Of a stretch of 64,000 nucleotides of DNA, positions 41,437-53,189 are shown in pieces. This stretch comes from Rhynchopus sp. YZ270_cl-10 (Eukaryota). Positions within the stretch are counted from its first letter, which is position 1. Every line of letters begins with the position of its first letter. Location: NCBI GenBank assembly GCA_964035575.1, contig OZ037835.1:1302001-1366000 (forward strand), written 5' to 3'. The position numbers were made by a program, and so were the translations under genes. The notes under the pieces were generated by a model, which did no database searches, was not told the DNA's origin, and saw only the letters and a list, made by a program, of their open reading frames with translations.

Positions 41437-44145
41437 ATGTTCAACTTATACGACCACGACCATCCCGAGCCAACTCTCACCTCTTTCGAGCAACGTTTCG
41501 GCAGCTTCGTCGCACATTCCCCGATGTCCCTAGACCCGCTAAGTGGTGCTGACTTGCGCAGAACGCTTGACAAGAAAGGTAAGCGCACGGACGCCTGCGG
41601 AACTGATGGCTGGCGCTCATTGGAGCTTCATGCGATGCCCCTGTGCATACTGGACGGTTTTGCCCGAGTGTTCAACGCGATAGAGACGAACGGTGTGTGG
41701 CCGCAAGCGCTGTTGACCGCCCTGGTGACGCTCCTTCCCAAAGGCGAAGACCAGTCCCCCTTGAAGCTACGTCCTGTGACAGTGACCAGTGCGGTATACC
41801 GGTTGTGGGCCTGCGCACGCCTGCAGGCAGTTCAACAATGGCAGGAACAATGGGTACACCCGTCGCAACATGGCTTCCGCCCAAAGCACAGCACGAACGA
41901 CGTCTTGTATGACGTCTTCACACAGATGGAGGACGCTCTGCTCGGTGGCGAACCGCTGCACGGTCTGGCGCTCGACTTTGCGAAGTGCTTCGACCGCGTA
42001 CCACAGGGCCTCACCTTGGATCTTGTGGAGAAGATGGGGCTTCACCCCAGGATCATGACACCTCTGCGAGCGATGTACGCCAAGCTGAGACGGCGGTTCA
42101 AGCTGCCCTCCGGCGTAGGAGAGGCGTACTCCGTGACGAATGGGATTCTGCAGGGGTGCCCCCTCTCTGTGGTGCTCATCAACGCCCTGATATCAGTCCT
42201 GACACACTGCGTCACAGCGGAAATACCTGAGGCGTTTGTACGGTCGTTTGCTGACGACGCATACCTTTTGTCTCGCCATAGTGAAGCTTCGGTGGGGGCA
42301 TGCCTGCTGCGAGTGGAGGACTTCTGCCGCATCACAGGCATGCGCCTCAACATGGCGAAGACCTTTGCCTTCTCATCATTGAAGAACCACAAATGCAAGC
42401 TGAAGTCTGAGGACAACCATGTGTTCCAGACAACAGAGTCGCTCCGCTCACTCGGCGTGATGATGTACAGCTCCCTGCGACGCAAGGGGCGATACAACGC
42501 TACGGTATACCAGTCAGCCGTGAGGGCGCTCTCATGTTTGGGTGCGACACCGCTCTCCTTCTCCCAGAAGGTGTCTATTGCCACATCTGCCATCCTCCCT
42601 TCAGTGTTATACGAGTCCGCCTTCAACATGCCCCCTCGGTCAGTGATGAATGAACTATCGACGGCAGTGACGATGTGCTGCTGGGGCCCCACCTACCTTA
42701 CCCGTTCAGTGGACGCACTACTCACACTCTGCCTGAAGGCGCACGTAGCACACCCCCTCTCGAGTGTTATATGCAGGACGTTCAGAGCTTACGCCGCCAG
42801 TGTGGAACGCAACGACGCCATACGCCAGAGGTGCATGAAAATCAGAGAGAGGTACGAGACCCTGGCCGCAAAGGGTACACCTATGCATGCAGTTGGTCCA
42901 GTGGGGACTGTCCTCGCCGCCTCCCGCAGATGTGGCGTGAGCTGGGACCCTGAGATGAAGGCAGTGACGTCTACGTCTGCAACCACGAAGACTACCCCCA
43001 TCATCGATACAGACAAAGCCAAGAGGGCCCATGAAGTGCGAGTTCTGGCGCGTACGGCGGTCTGGGATGATCTGCAGAGTAAACGCCCTACGTACGACGG
43101 CATAAACGACGGCATTGACACCCGAGCCACCAATGCCCTGTGGCGCAATCTACAATACCACGACCCCCTCAAGGCTTTCCGGATGCGACGTGTTCTGTGT
43201 GGCGGAATCCTCTTCTGCCATCCAGCAGGGCTCAAACGCAGTGGCTTCCCCGAGGCGGACTTCAGCGATAAATGCCCCTTATGCCTCGTCCAGGTTACAT
43301 GCCACACACGCCACCTACTGTGGCACTGCAGCATAGTGCACACACCAGCGTTCACTGCCCTACATGAGTCGGCCATCAGCCTCTATGGCAAAGGGCTTCC
43401 CACCTGCTTTGTGCTGCACGGCATTGTACCCTCCAATGTGAGCAAGGTAACGGTGAAGGCGGTACAGTCTCTTCTCCTCGATGCCGTCACCACGATCGAC
43501 ACAACCCTCTCAAAAGCTGTGGATGTGGCCCCGGCTGTACATCCTTGGGATCTCACATTTGCTGCCTCCAAACGGGATACCCCCTTCCGCACATATCTGA
43601 CCAAGCTGCAACCTAGTTTTTCCTCCACCTATAGGGAGGCGTTCACTTTGAAAGCTTTCCTGTGGTGGGTGATTACGCTCGAGTGGAGCAAAGAACCCCG
43701 CGACGTGTCGTGTGTCGAGCTCGCGGTCGACTTCGAATTGCGCACAAGGGTCTTCCTCGCCAAACAGACCTCTAATATCCGCGAGCGTGGGCGGGCCATG
43801 CAAAGGCTCATCGTCAAGACCAACATGCGGGCTTTAACAGCGAAACTCCGCCGCGCCCCATTCCCTGGTGTGAAAAAGGATCGTGTGCACTCCCCCCGTT
43901 CCGTCGGCGCCCCAGCGCTCATTGGATTCAGCAGACGCCCAGTGTTGTGTGCTAAAACACGTGCTTTTCTTGAATCTTTAAATCATGTTGTCCCCCCTTC
44001 CCGGTCAGGGTGGGGTAATGAATGTATACCTGCTTACAGCTTCCCTGTAAACCAATCCCAAGCGCAACACTCCGGTTCGATAACCCACGGAGTGCCAGTG
44101 CCTGCGTCCCAGAGGCGTTTGCACTATCAACTTCACTTTTATTGA
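41437..44145 (+). CDS. Non-LTR reverse transcriptase with CCHC zinc knuckle (zf-RVT-like)
   Basis: RT motifs GTDG, LLPK, LRPV, QHGF, LDFAKCFDRV, GILQGCPLS, FADD, LNMAKT, followed by CPLC...HLLWHC. Confidence 0.93.
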   Translation: MFNLYDHDHPEPTLTSFEQRFGSFVAHSPMSLDPLSGADLRRTLDKKGKRTDACGTDGWRSLELHAMPLCILDGFARVFNAIETNGVWPQALLTALVTLLPKGEDQSPLKLRPVTVTSAVYRLWACARLQAVQQWQEQWVHPSQHGFRPKHSTNDVLYDVFTQMEDALLGGEPLHGLALDFAKCFDRVPQGLTLDLVEKMGLHPRIMTPLRAMYAKLRRRFKLPSGVGEAYSVTNGILQGCPLSVVLINALISVLTHCVTAEIPEAFVRSFADDAYLLSRHSEASVGACLLRVEDFCRITGMRLNMAKTFAFSSLKNHKCKLKSEDNHVFQTTESLRSLGVMMYSSLRRKGRYNATVYQSAVRALSCLGATPLSFSQKVSIATSAILPSVLYESAFNMPPRSVMNELSTAVTMCCWGPTYLTRSVDALLTLCLKAHVAHPLSSVICRTFRAYAASVERNDAIRQRCMKIRERYETLAAKGTPMHAVGPVGTVLAASRRCGVSWDPEMKAVTSTSATTKTTPIIDTDKAKRAHEVRVLARTAVWDDLQSKRPTYDGINDGIDTRATNALWRNLQYHDPLKAFRMRRVLCGGILFCHPAGLKRSGFPEADFSDKCPLCLVQVTCHTRHLLWHCSIVHTPAFTALHESAISLYGKGLPTCFVLHGIVPSNVSKVTVKAVQSLLLDAVTTIDTTLSKAVDVAPAVHPWDLTFAASKRDTPFRTYLTKLQPSFSSTYREAFTLKAFLWWVITLEWSKEPRDVSCVELAVDFELRTRVFLAKQTSNIRERGRAMQRLIVKTNMRALTAKLRRAPFPGVKKDRVHSPRSVGAPALIGFSRRPVLCAKTRAFLESLNHVVPPSRSGWGNECIPAYSFPVNQSQAQHSGSITHGVPVPASQRRLHYQLHFY

Positions 44146-44225
44146 AATTTTGTGGCTTTTCGGAAATCTTTTCGACTACTTTTCTCGGTCTTGCCTAGGT
44201 GAAATTTTTAGTTTTCTGATATTCT
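41437..44225 (+). mobile_element. 5'-truncated non-LTR (LINE-type) retrotransposon; 3' limit approximate
   Basis: Carries the RT ORF and lacks an N-terminal endonuclease. The T-rich 3' segment runs into the host repeat at ~44225. No TSD found. Confidence 0.75.
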
Positions 44226-45306
44226 GTTGTTGTATAACTCAACCATTTTTGGTGTCATCTGGGTGAAGAAATGTAAACAAACACAGTTGCTTGAGCACCT
44301 GTTTCTGACATTGAAACGCCAGAACCCACCACCCCCCACTGCAGAGCGATTTACCCGCGAGTCAGGTTTCGCCTTTCCAGGTGGCAGCAATACCACCCCC
44401 TTCCTTCCTTTTCATTTTCTCCTTCGTCCCTCCTTCCTCCCCTGTCCCCGCTCTAACGACGTGCGTCTGTGTAACAGTACAGCACGTCGGATGGATGTGA
44501 CCAACAAACAATACACAACGAATAAATAAAGGGTGGGGTAGTTCAGGTTTCTTCTTCAATTATCTCACGCTGTGTGATGAATATGCAAGTGTGTCTTATG
44601 TCACCACTCACTTCACCTTTGCTTTGTTGTATTATCTCTTGTCTTTTTCATTTTTGAGATACACTGTCACAAGAGGGCTTTGTATTTCGAAGTCTCTCAG
44701 CGATGTTAAAACTTTTCATAAAAATCCCTTTTCAAAAAAGCTGTCCTTTTTGCCAGTTGTGTGTGCACCTTTCGCCTCAGCTTGTTTGTGGATGCGATCA
44801 ACAAACAACGAATAAATAAATATAGTGGAGCACACTCTAGGGTGGCTACACTAATACAACCAAGTTTTCAAATAAAGAAGGGGGGTATTTCATTTCCTAA
44901 CAACCATTGTGTTGCTGTATAACTCAACCATTTTGGTGTCATCTGGGTGAGGAAATGTAAACAAACACAGTTGCTTGAACATCTGTTTCTGACATTGAAA
45001 CGCCAGAACCCACCACCTCCACACTGCAGAGCGATTTACCCGCGAGTCAGGTTTCGCCTTTCCAGGTGGAAGCACCAATACCCCCCTTTCCGTCCTTTTT
45101 CATTTGCTTCCTCCCCTCCTTCCTCCCCTGTCCCCGCTCTAACGACGTGCGTCTGTGTAACAGTACAGTGCGTCGGATGGATGTGATCAACAAACAATAC
45201 ACAACGAACAAATAAAGGCTTCAATTGTCTCACGCTGTGTGATGCATATGCAGGTGTGTATTACGCCAGCACTCACTTCACCTTTGCTTTGTTGTATTTT
45301 CTCTTG

Positions 45307-46148
45307 GGGGGCTCCCTAAAACATGTTAAAAAATCGCAAAAAAGTTCAAAAAGTGTTTTTTACCTTTGCCAAAACTGAGATACAAAGGGGAAAAAAATGT
45401 TTTTTGCCAGCCAAAACTGGGAAAAACGCATGTTTTCGTATGTTTTCGAATGTTTACGGACCCTCGGACTACGGACCCTCCCACCCCACTTTCTATAGTA
45501 TGACCCATTTATAGAAAGGGACTCTCGCAAATTTTTTTTCCCGCCTATATAGGGCTAATTTCGACGATTTGAGGCCATTAAAACCAGAATTTGACACTTT
45601 TGAGCATCTGTGGGGGTCTAAAACGTGGTTTCGCGCACCCGAAATTTCGTGGTTTTTACTTAGGAAAATGCCCATTTCAACCCAAATTTTCGGTTTTTCT
45701 GGCCCGAAAGTCCAAAAAAAAAAAAATACAAGGAAAAAATTTGCCCAAGGCGCACGGTGCGCTACTTTTATTCTCTCGCCATACTGCATCCTTCCTTTTC
45801 CTTAGGCGTTTGACCCCAATTAAATCGCGTTCTGTCTGTGACCCTTGTCGGACACTGCGCCCTCTGATAAGGGTAATACTTTCTAGAAACATTCTGAAGT
45901 CTGTTTTTGACACACAATCGGGGTGGGTGGGCCATAATTTGCTCAACCAGTCGAAAATTGGGATTTTTCTGAAATTTGCATTGTGCCCAGCAAAAATCGT
46001 CGTTTTTTTGAAGAATTTTCCAAAAAATATGCTATACCCCCTATGACTGGACCCAACTCCCCTCACTATTTTTTCCTTCTTTTTTGACCCAGAAACCACG
46101 CGCTTTTTGAACCTTTTTATCCAAAATACTCCTTTTTAGGGAGCCCCC
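45307..46148. mobile_element. PIF/Harbinger-like MITE (842 bp)
   Basis: 15 bp TIR GGGGGCTCCCTAAAA and 3 bp TSD TTG. The empty site CTCTTGTTTTATTTT is seen at ~47000. Confidence 0.85.
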
Positions 46149-46546
46149 TTGTTTTATTTTTTCATTTTTGAGATACACTGTCACAAGAGGGCTTTGTATT
46201 TCGAAGTCTCTCAGCGATGTCAAAACTTTTCATAAAAACCCCTTTTCAAAAAAGCTGTCCCCTTTTGCCAGTTGTGTGTGTACCTTTAGCCTCAGCTTGT
46301 CTGTGAGTATTGATTGAATTGGAGTCTGTATCACGATGCAAAGCACAATGAAAGGGAAAACAATGAGCATTAAACAGGAAATAAAAAAGAGGCAGTTTTT
46401 CTTTCCGAATTACACAACACGATTCCAATCCTTTGATCCGAAAGAACCCCATCATTCCAGTTTATATTATTTCCTAACAACCATTGCGTTGCTGTATAAC
46501 TCAACCATTTTTGGTGTCATTTGGGTGAGGAAACGTGTCAAACATA

Positions 46547-46664
46547 CCGTATTCGTAAAAATGTTCGACCGTAAAAAAGGTCGAACTTCCTAAAAAAAAT
46601 CTTGAAAAGGTCAAACATATTTACGGTCGAACATTCGTACGGTCGATAATTTGTACGAATACGG
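46547..46664. mobile_element. 118 bp Tc1/mariner (pogo/Tc2-type CCGTA end) MITE
   Basis: TIR CCGTATTCGTA and TA TSD. Absent from other host-repeat copies. A second copy lies at 62374-62491. Confidence 0.85.
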
Positions 46665-47067
46665 TAGTTGATTGAGCACCTGTTTCTGACATTGAAACGC
46701 CAGAACCCACCACCTCCCCACTGCAGAGCGAATTACCCGCGAGTCAGGTTTCGCCTTTCCAACACCCCCCTTTCCTTCCTTTTTCATGTGTTTCCTCCCC
46801 TCCTTCCTCCCCTCCTTCCTCCCCTGTCCCCGCTCTAACGACGTGCGTCTGTGTAACAGTACAGCACGTCGGATGGATGCGATCAACAAACAATACACAA
46901 CGAATAAATAAAGGCTTCAATTGTCTCACGCTGTGTGATGAATATGCAGGTGTGTATTACGCCAGCACTCTCTTCGCCTTTGCTTTTTTTTTGTATGATC
47001 TCTTGTTTTATTTTTTCATTTTTGAGCTACACTGTCACAAGAGGGCTTTGTATTTCGAAGTCTCTCA

Positions 47068-48875
47068 GGGGTGGCATCAAAACAAAAAACGCGGACAATG
47101 TCCGCGTTTTTGGGGAATTTCAGACCCCCCCTCCCCCCCCCAAAACGCGGACATTTTTTGTTTTTTTTTCCCCTATTTTTTGCTGGTTTTTGGGTGACGG
47201 GGTGCAAATTCGTGACCCAAAACACAGTTTTTTGGCATTTCCGGAATCCGTCCAGAAAGTGGTGGGGTCAATTTCGAAAATTGGACAATTTTTTGACCAC
47301 TTAAATTTTTGAAAATATGAGCCCGGTCACTAATACGTGGGGCCCATTTTCGGCCAAAAAATGCTGCTGAAAAAAATTTTCTGGTGAAAATTTTTCAGCC
47401 CCAAAACATGCCGCGATTGGCATTTCCGGAATCTGTCCGCGCTGTGGTGGGGTCAATTTGCCGAAATGGCCAAGTTCTTGGTTTTGGTCAAAATGAGTGT
47501 AAGGTAAAGGGGACAAGGTAAATCCCACAACCCAGATTTTCTCTCTCTGATGCTGAAACCATGAAAATGCGCAAAAACACCGGCATTTGCATTTCCGGAA
47601 TCCGTCCGTTCTGTGGTGGGGTCAATTTGCCAAAATGGACAAGTTCTTGATTTTGGTCAAAACCCGTCAGTGTAAGGTAAAGGGGTCCAAGTGTTTGCCT
47701 GTAGAAGCACATGGTAGCAGGGGTTTTAGGGACCCCATGTGTACATTTTGCAAAAAAACGCGGGCATCTTGTATTTTTTATTTTGCCCGAAAACACCGGC
47801 ATTTGCATTTCCGGAATCCGTCCGTTCTGTGGTGGGGTCAATTTGCCGAAATGGACGAGTTTTTATAAATTTTGGTCAAAATCGTGTACAACCCCGGTGA
47901 AGAAAAAAATTTTCGAGGAAAAAAAAACCCCAAAATGTCCGCGTTTTCTGGAATTTCAGACCCCCCCCCCCCTCCCTAAGAACCCCCCTGTCCTCTACGA
48001 TTTTTCAAAAAGGACGAAAAAGGACGAAAAAGGACAAAAAAGGACGAAAAAGGACGAAAAGGGACATTGGTAATAATGTACAGTGACTAAGTTACTCCTC
48101 ACGTTCCTGGTACAAAGAATCGTCTCACAACCCACTGATAGTTGACACCTGCGTTTTTAAGTTTACAAAAAGTAATAAAACACTCCACTGCTTTTTCTGC
48201 CTGATCCATGAGCGTCTTTGGATTGAAAGCCTCAAGGCACTTTCCAAAACCCCACGAGGGACCTTGCCTTATTTATCAGGGTGTAGCAGGTAGGGGACAA
48301 GATGGTGGCAAGAACACAGCGGCCGGTTTCCAGGTTGTACTTCTCTCGTTCATCTCCGGACTTCTTGCATTTTTTGTGCCCAGCAACTTCCCCTTCAGGT
48401 GCAGGTCAGGTATTGAACACCTGTTTCAAAGCCCAGAACATTGGAAGAATGTGGACAATCCTCGCGGAGTCTTGTTCCATGTACCTGATGTCTTCTGTCG
48501 TAGAGCACTTCTGCACAAACGGGAACCTCTCCCAAAAACTGAGATCCCCGCACTTCTGGAGAGCGGGAAGCTGGTTGTGGATAGGTGGCATGTTTTCAAA
48601 ACATTTCGCCTAATACAAGGGATTCGACTTTTTCCCAAGAAAATATTATTTGGGGGGATTTTTTTTTTTCGGGTGAACCGGTGATTTTCCTGGTGATTTT
48701 CCTGTACACCTTACACCACCGTCCTTTTTTGTCCTTTTTCGTCCTTTTTCCCGGATCGAAAAAGGACGAAAAAGACGAAAAAGACGTAGAGGACGAAAAA
48801 GGACAAGGGGTATTCTTACCCCTCCCCCCCCAAAAACGCGGACATTGTCCGCGTTTTTTGTTTTGATGCCATCCC
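47068..48875. mobile_element. PIF/Harbinger-like non-autonomous element (1.8 kb)
   Basis: ~45 bp TIR GGG(G/A)TGGCATCAAAACAAAAAACGCGGACAATGTCCGCGTTTTTG and 3 bp TSD TCA. The empty site CTCTCAGCGATG occurs in three other copies. Internal AAAAGGACG repeats and three ~50 bp direct repeats. Confidence 0.9.
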
Positions 48876-49704
48876 TCAGCGATGTCAAAACTTTTCATAA
48901 AAACCCCTTTTCAAAAAAGCTGTCCCCTTTTGCCAGTTGTGTGTGCACCTTCAGCCTCTAGAAATAGCTCGTCTGTGTGTATGATACTGTATTGCTTGCA
49001 TTGGAGTCTGTATCGCGAAGCAAAGCACAATGAAAGGGAAAACAATGAGCATTAAACAGGAAAGAATAAAGAGACAGTTTTTGTTTCCGAATTACACAGC
49101 ACGATTCCAATCCTTTGATCCGAAAGAACCCCATCATTCCAGTTTATATTATTTCCTAACAACCATTGCGTTGCTGTATAACTCAACCATTTTGGTGTAA
49201 TCTGGGTGAGGAAATGTAAACAAACACAGTTTCTTGAGCACCCGTTTCTGACATTGAAACGCCAGAACCCACCACCTCCCCACTGCAGAGCGAATTACAC
49301 GCGAGTCAGGTTTCGCCTTTCCAGCACCCCCCTTTCCTTCCTTTTTCATTTGCTTCCTCCCCTCCTTCCTCCCCTGTCCCCGCTCTAACGACGTGCGTCT
49401 GTGTAACAGTACAGCACGTCGGATGGATGCGATCAACAAACAACGCACAACAAATATATAAAGAAGGGGGGGTATAAATTTATTTCATTTTTCTTCTTCA
49501 ATTGTCTCACGCTGTGTGCCGATGATTGCTACGATCAAAAGGTGAGCGCTTAGAGGAGTCGTCCAGCTCATCCAAACCTTTCTATTATTTCCCCCTCCTC
49601 CCCCTCACACAACCACACCACAGTACACCACTACCCCCTCTACTTCGTTTACACATCTTCCCTCCCCCTTTTCAAAAAAAACAAAAAGCAAAAACAAAAA
49701 CAAA

Positions 49705-50083
49705 ATGCCAGTTCGTATGAGCCTTCCGTTTTTTATTCTGATCGTCATTACAAATGCGATCAGTAACGCCTTCAGCACTGTCTCATCTCTTGTTGGTGGG
49801 TTGATTATGTACATACGGGACCTCCTCCTGGGTCCGCGAGACCGGCCGCAGTGGGGTAATTTGGCTACAGAGTCAGGTAATGACGATTCTTGATGCCTCA
49901 AGAAGCCTTATGACGAGCGTCGCACGCTTCATGCACTCCGACGCAGTCCACGGCGACGAACTGCAGTGGAACGAGGCGCTCCGCCGCTCCTGGTCCGCCA
50001 CAGTCTCGACCAACAACCTCCTCTACTTCATCAGCGTCGTCCTGCATCCGTACCCACCCTTCGAAACCCCCTTCTACTCCACG
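49705..50083 (+). pseudogene. Truncated, frameshifted 5' fragment of the receptor cyclase-like gene
   Basis: MPVRMSLPFFIL start is diverged, while 49882-50083 is near-identical to the paralogs. Homology stops abruptly after TACTCCAC. Confidence 0.85.
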
Positions 50084-50777
50084 TGTCTGGTGTGAGGTGG
50101 GAGACTGGCAGTTCTTCCCCTTTTGCTCTCCACCTTCATAGAACCGCCCCCTACAGTACGAGAAATTATCCCCCCTCACTTTTCCCCCAAAAGGGGGACA
50201 ATTTCACGAGGGTCGGTAAATTTTTAATGCTAATCCAACTTGATTTCCCTACGCAAACAATTCTCTGGGTATAGCAAAGCAAAATTCTTGATCACATCTT
50301 TGGAAGTGATCAAGAATTTTGCACTGATACGTACTGACACCTGGTAGCTTCAGACCTGCGACACTTTCTGTGTGATAATGGACGTCTCCCCACAGCCGTC
50401 TGCCGTCTCCTCGTTACCGGGCACATCCCTCTTTAGCTATGTCGTTATGTCTGCCCTCTCAGAAGCTGCTCTCCGAGATGCATGACTGCGTTACGTACGA
50501 AGTGTTTAAGCAGGGCCACCACGAGGAGTACCGCCAAACCTACGCCACGCGAGTTCCTGGTAGTCCCTCGGCGAACGCCACCACTTATAGAGCGCGGCTC
50601 TCATGTGCGGTAGCACTCTCGGCAAAGCTGTCCTCAATACCGTGGTTGGTGAAGATATTCTAAAACCCCCCCCCCTTCACACAACCACACCACAGTACAC
50701 CACTACCCCCTCTACTTCGTTTACACATCTTCCCTCCCCCTTTTCAAAAAATATAATAAAAATCAAAATCTAAAAAA

Positions 50778-53189
50778 ATGCCGCTTCGCATGAACCTTCC
50801 GATTTTCATTGTAATCCTGACAGCAACCATCATCAGCACTGCCTCCTCTCTTGGTGGTGGGTTGATTCTGTACATGGCAGGCATCTCCTCCTTGGAGGAC
50901 ACCGTCCGCGAGACCGGCCGCAGTGAGGTCATGGTGCTCCGGAGCCAGGTCGTCACGATTCTTGATGCCTCGAGAAGCCTTATGACGAGCGTCGCACGCT
51001 TCATGCACTCCGACGCAGTCCACGGCGACGAACTGCAGTGGAACGAGGCGCTCCGCCGCTCCTGGTCCGCCACAGTCTCGACCAACAACCTCCTCTACTT
51101 CATCAGCGTCGTCCTGCATCCGTACCCACCCTTCGAAAACCCCTTCTACTCCACTGTCTGGGGCGACCTCACCCGCGACGGTACTCGGAATATGCTTTGC
51201 GGCCATGCCGGCCAACAGCGCAACAACTCCATCGTGTACAACCAAACCACCTGGCTTCCGGACAAGGTGATGGTTGGCTCCTACAACTTGAACACAACCT
51301 CTGGGGGTGAAGGGGACTATTTATATGAGTGGGATGCCTCCTCCGGGTTCACTGGGTGGGCGGCACCGGAGAACTTTGACCCGCGTCTCGGAAAGCTTCC
51401 CCCATTCTATGAAAAGCCGTTCCCTGGGGCGATTGGGGGTTCGCTCTTCCCGCCACAGAAATACCCAGCAATTGATGGATATATCCAGTCGTACACGATG
51501 TTCAGTGCAACGTACTTCCCCCCGCCAGCACCACATCCGTGGAGTGGGTACCGTGCGATTGTGATGAATGTTGGGTTTTTATTTGCAGAATTTCGCCCAA
51601 TTTTTGAAGCCTTCGGAGCAGAACACAAGGGCAAAGGCGCTGCAGTGATGATGGTCGCACGCTCCTCCAACGCCGTTCTTGCGACGACCTCAGGACTGGA
51701 CATGATCCCCGAATGGTGCCAAGCGCAGGAAGGTGAAAATGCGTTTACAATGTACCTGGAGGATTGCTACCTCCGTCCAAACGAGGTGTCTAAAGCTATG
51801 ACCGAGGCGTACGAAGAATCCTTGAAACTCGTCTTTGGAGGGTTTTACAATATCCGTTTAGATGATCAAGATCATTTTGTACAACGTCTTTCGGTCGAGG
51901 AGGATTGGGAGTTGATCTGGATTCTTCCAGTTTCCTCTGTGAACGCGCAGGTTCAAGAAGCGTTGTCGCTGCTGTTTGTGTTCACAGCGATAGTGTTGGT
52001 GTTTGATGTGTTGGTGGCGGTGTGCGAAATGTTTTTTATTGCGCTGCCGATTGCGAGTCTTGCCGAATCGGTGCGGTGCTTGCGAAGTTACGAGACAGAT
52101 GCAGCACAACGCGCCATTGCGCAGTACAAAACGACACCCATTATGATAGCAGAGATGCGTCGTATCGTGGAAGGCATGTTCCTCACCATTGACAGCCTCA
52201 AGGAATACGGCATGTTCATTCCTAACGTGCTCATCCAAGAAGACCCCGAGATCGATACCGAAGCAGAGGCCTCTAGCATCGCACCCGAAGCCACGCACGC
52301 CTCCTCGCAACGCTCGTCGAGACGCTCTTCCGATGTGCAGTCCTCAGATATCCTTGAAACAGTGAAGACGAAAGCCAAGCTGGGCCTGCACCTCGCCCTC
52401 AAACGTATTGCACTGCTGTCCGTCAGCGTCAAGGGGTGGAGCAAGACGGGCGACTCCACGGTTGCGATTGTAAGCAACCACACCGCACTGTTAAGTTTTA
52501 TTTCGGGCTGCGCGGCTCAGAACTCTGGCCACGTCGAGAACTTCTGTGGGGATGACTACCTGGTCGGGTTTAACACGAACAAACAGGTGTCCGACTGTGG
52601 CGACAAGAGTGTCTCCTGTGCCCTTGCCATCCGCACTGACAAGGAATACATGGCGCTCGCTGGGGTTGTATCACAAACGAACATCTCCTGTGGTTGCACA
52701 ACCGGCAAAGCATTGGTAGGAAACCTCGGGAACGATACCATCCGCCGCTTCTCCCTGATGACGTCGCTGGTGAAGTGGGCAGACTACCTTGCTGTGTACA
52801 ACGACCTGATGGGACGCATGGTCACTGCGGACTACTCCATTACGGGCACAGGGTACTTCGGGTTTGTGTACGAAACTTATGACCTGCTTCTCCGCACTGG
52901 GAAGTCACCGATCCTTGTATCGAACGTCCTCCAGCAGCAACGTGTTGAGGCATCCGAATGGATGTACGAAATGGAAGAAGCAGAACGAAGCAACACTTAT
53001 GGCAACCAGAACGACTTCGTCACCACAGTCCTCTTCCAGGACTGGGACAGATACCAGATGCCCAACGGGTTTTCCGAAAAGCAAGATTTCGACCACATCC
53101 TTTATGCATACAAGCACCGTGAGTTTCACCCAGTCAATGTAGGTGCAGTGACCCGCAGCAACGGTGCCGCCGTGCCTCATAGAACCTAG
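50778..53189 (+). CDS. Receptor-type class III nucleotidyl cyclase-like protein, paralog 2
   Basis: 803 aa with the same architecture and motifs as 38856-41279. Confidence 0.8.
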   Translation: MPLRMNLPIFIVILTATIISTASSLGGGLILYMAGISSLEDTVRETGRSEVMVLRSQVVTILDASRSLMTSVARFMHSDAVHGDELQWNEALRRSWSATVSTNNLLYFISVVLHPYPPFENPFYSTVWGDLTRDGTRNMLCGHAGQQRNNSIVYNQTTWLPDKVMVGSYNLNTTSGGEGDYLYEWDASSGFTGWAAPENFDPRLGKLPPFYEKPFPGAIGGSLFPPQKYPAIDGYIQSYTMFSATYFPPPAPHPWSGYRAIVMNVGFLFAEFRPIFEAFGAEHKGKGAAVMMVARSSNAVLATTSGLDMIPEWCQAQEGENAFTMYLEDCYLRPNEVSKAMTEAYEESLKLVFGGFYNIRLDDQDHFVQRLSVEEDWELIWILPVSSVNAQVQEALSLLFVFTAIVLVFDVLVAVCEMFFIALPIASLAESVRCLRSYETDAAQRAIAQYKTTPIMIAEMRRIVEGMFLTIDSLKEYGMFIPNVLIQEDPEIDTEAEASSIAPEATHASSQRSSRRSSDVQSSDILETVKTKAKLGLHLALKRIALLSVSVKGWSKTGDSTVAIVSNHTALLSFISGCAAQNSGHVENFCGDDYLVGFNTNKQVSDCGDKSVSCALAIRTDKEYMALAGVVSQTNISCGCTTGKALVGNLGNDTIRRFSLMTSLVKWADYLAVYNDLMGRMVTADYSITGTGYFGFVYETYDLLLRTGKSPILVSNVLQQQRVEASEWMYEMEEAERSNTYGNQNDFVTTVLFQDWDRYQMPNGFSEKQDFDHILYAYKHREFHPVNVGAVTRSNGAAVPHRT

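Larger units (their letters stand above)
44225..49520 (+). repeat. Tandemly reiterated ~0.6-1 kb intergenic host repeat (4 partial copies; further fragments at ~56001-56070 and ~61730-61980)
   Basis: Recurrent blocks GTATAACTCAACCATTTT..., CTGACATTGAAACGCCAGAACCCACC, CCCGCTCTAACGACGTGCGTCTGTG and GAGATACACTGTCACAAGAGGGCTTTGTATTTCGAAG. Confidence 0.9.

Noticed and set aside
41437..44145. RT as a diversity-generating retroelement, retron or telomerase acting on the LRR genes
   Set aside because: Motifs and the CCHC knuckle are LINE-type. There is no template/variable repeat pair, and LRR variation is not visibly adenine-restricted.
48208..48684. ORF inside the Harbinger-like element as a transposase
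   Set aside because: No DDE or Myb-like motif recognised on either strand.
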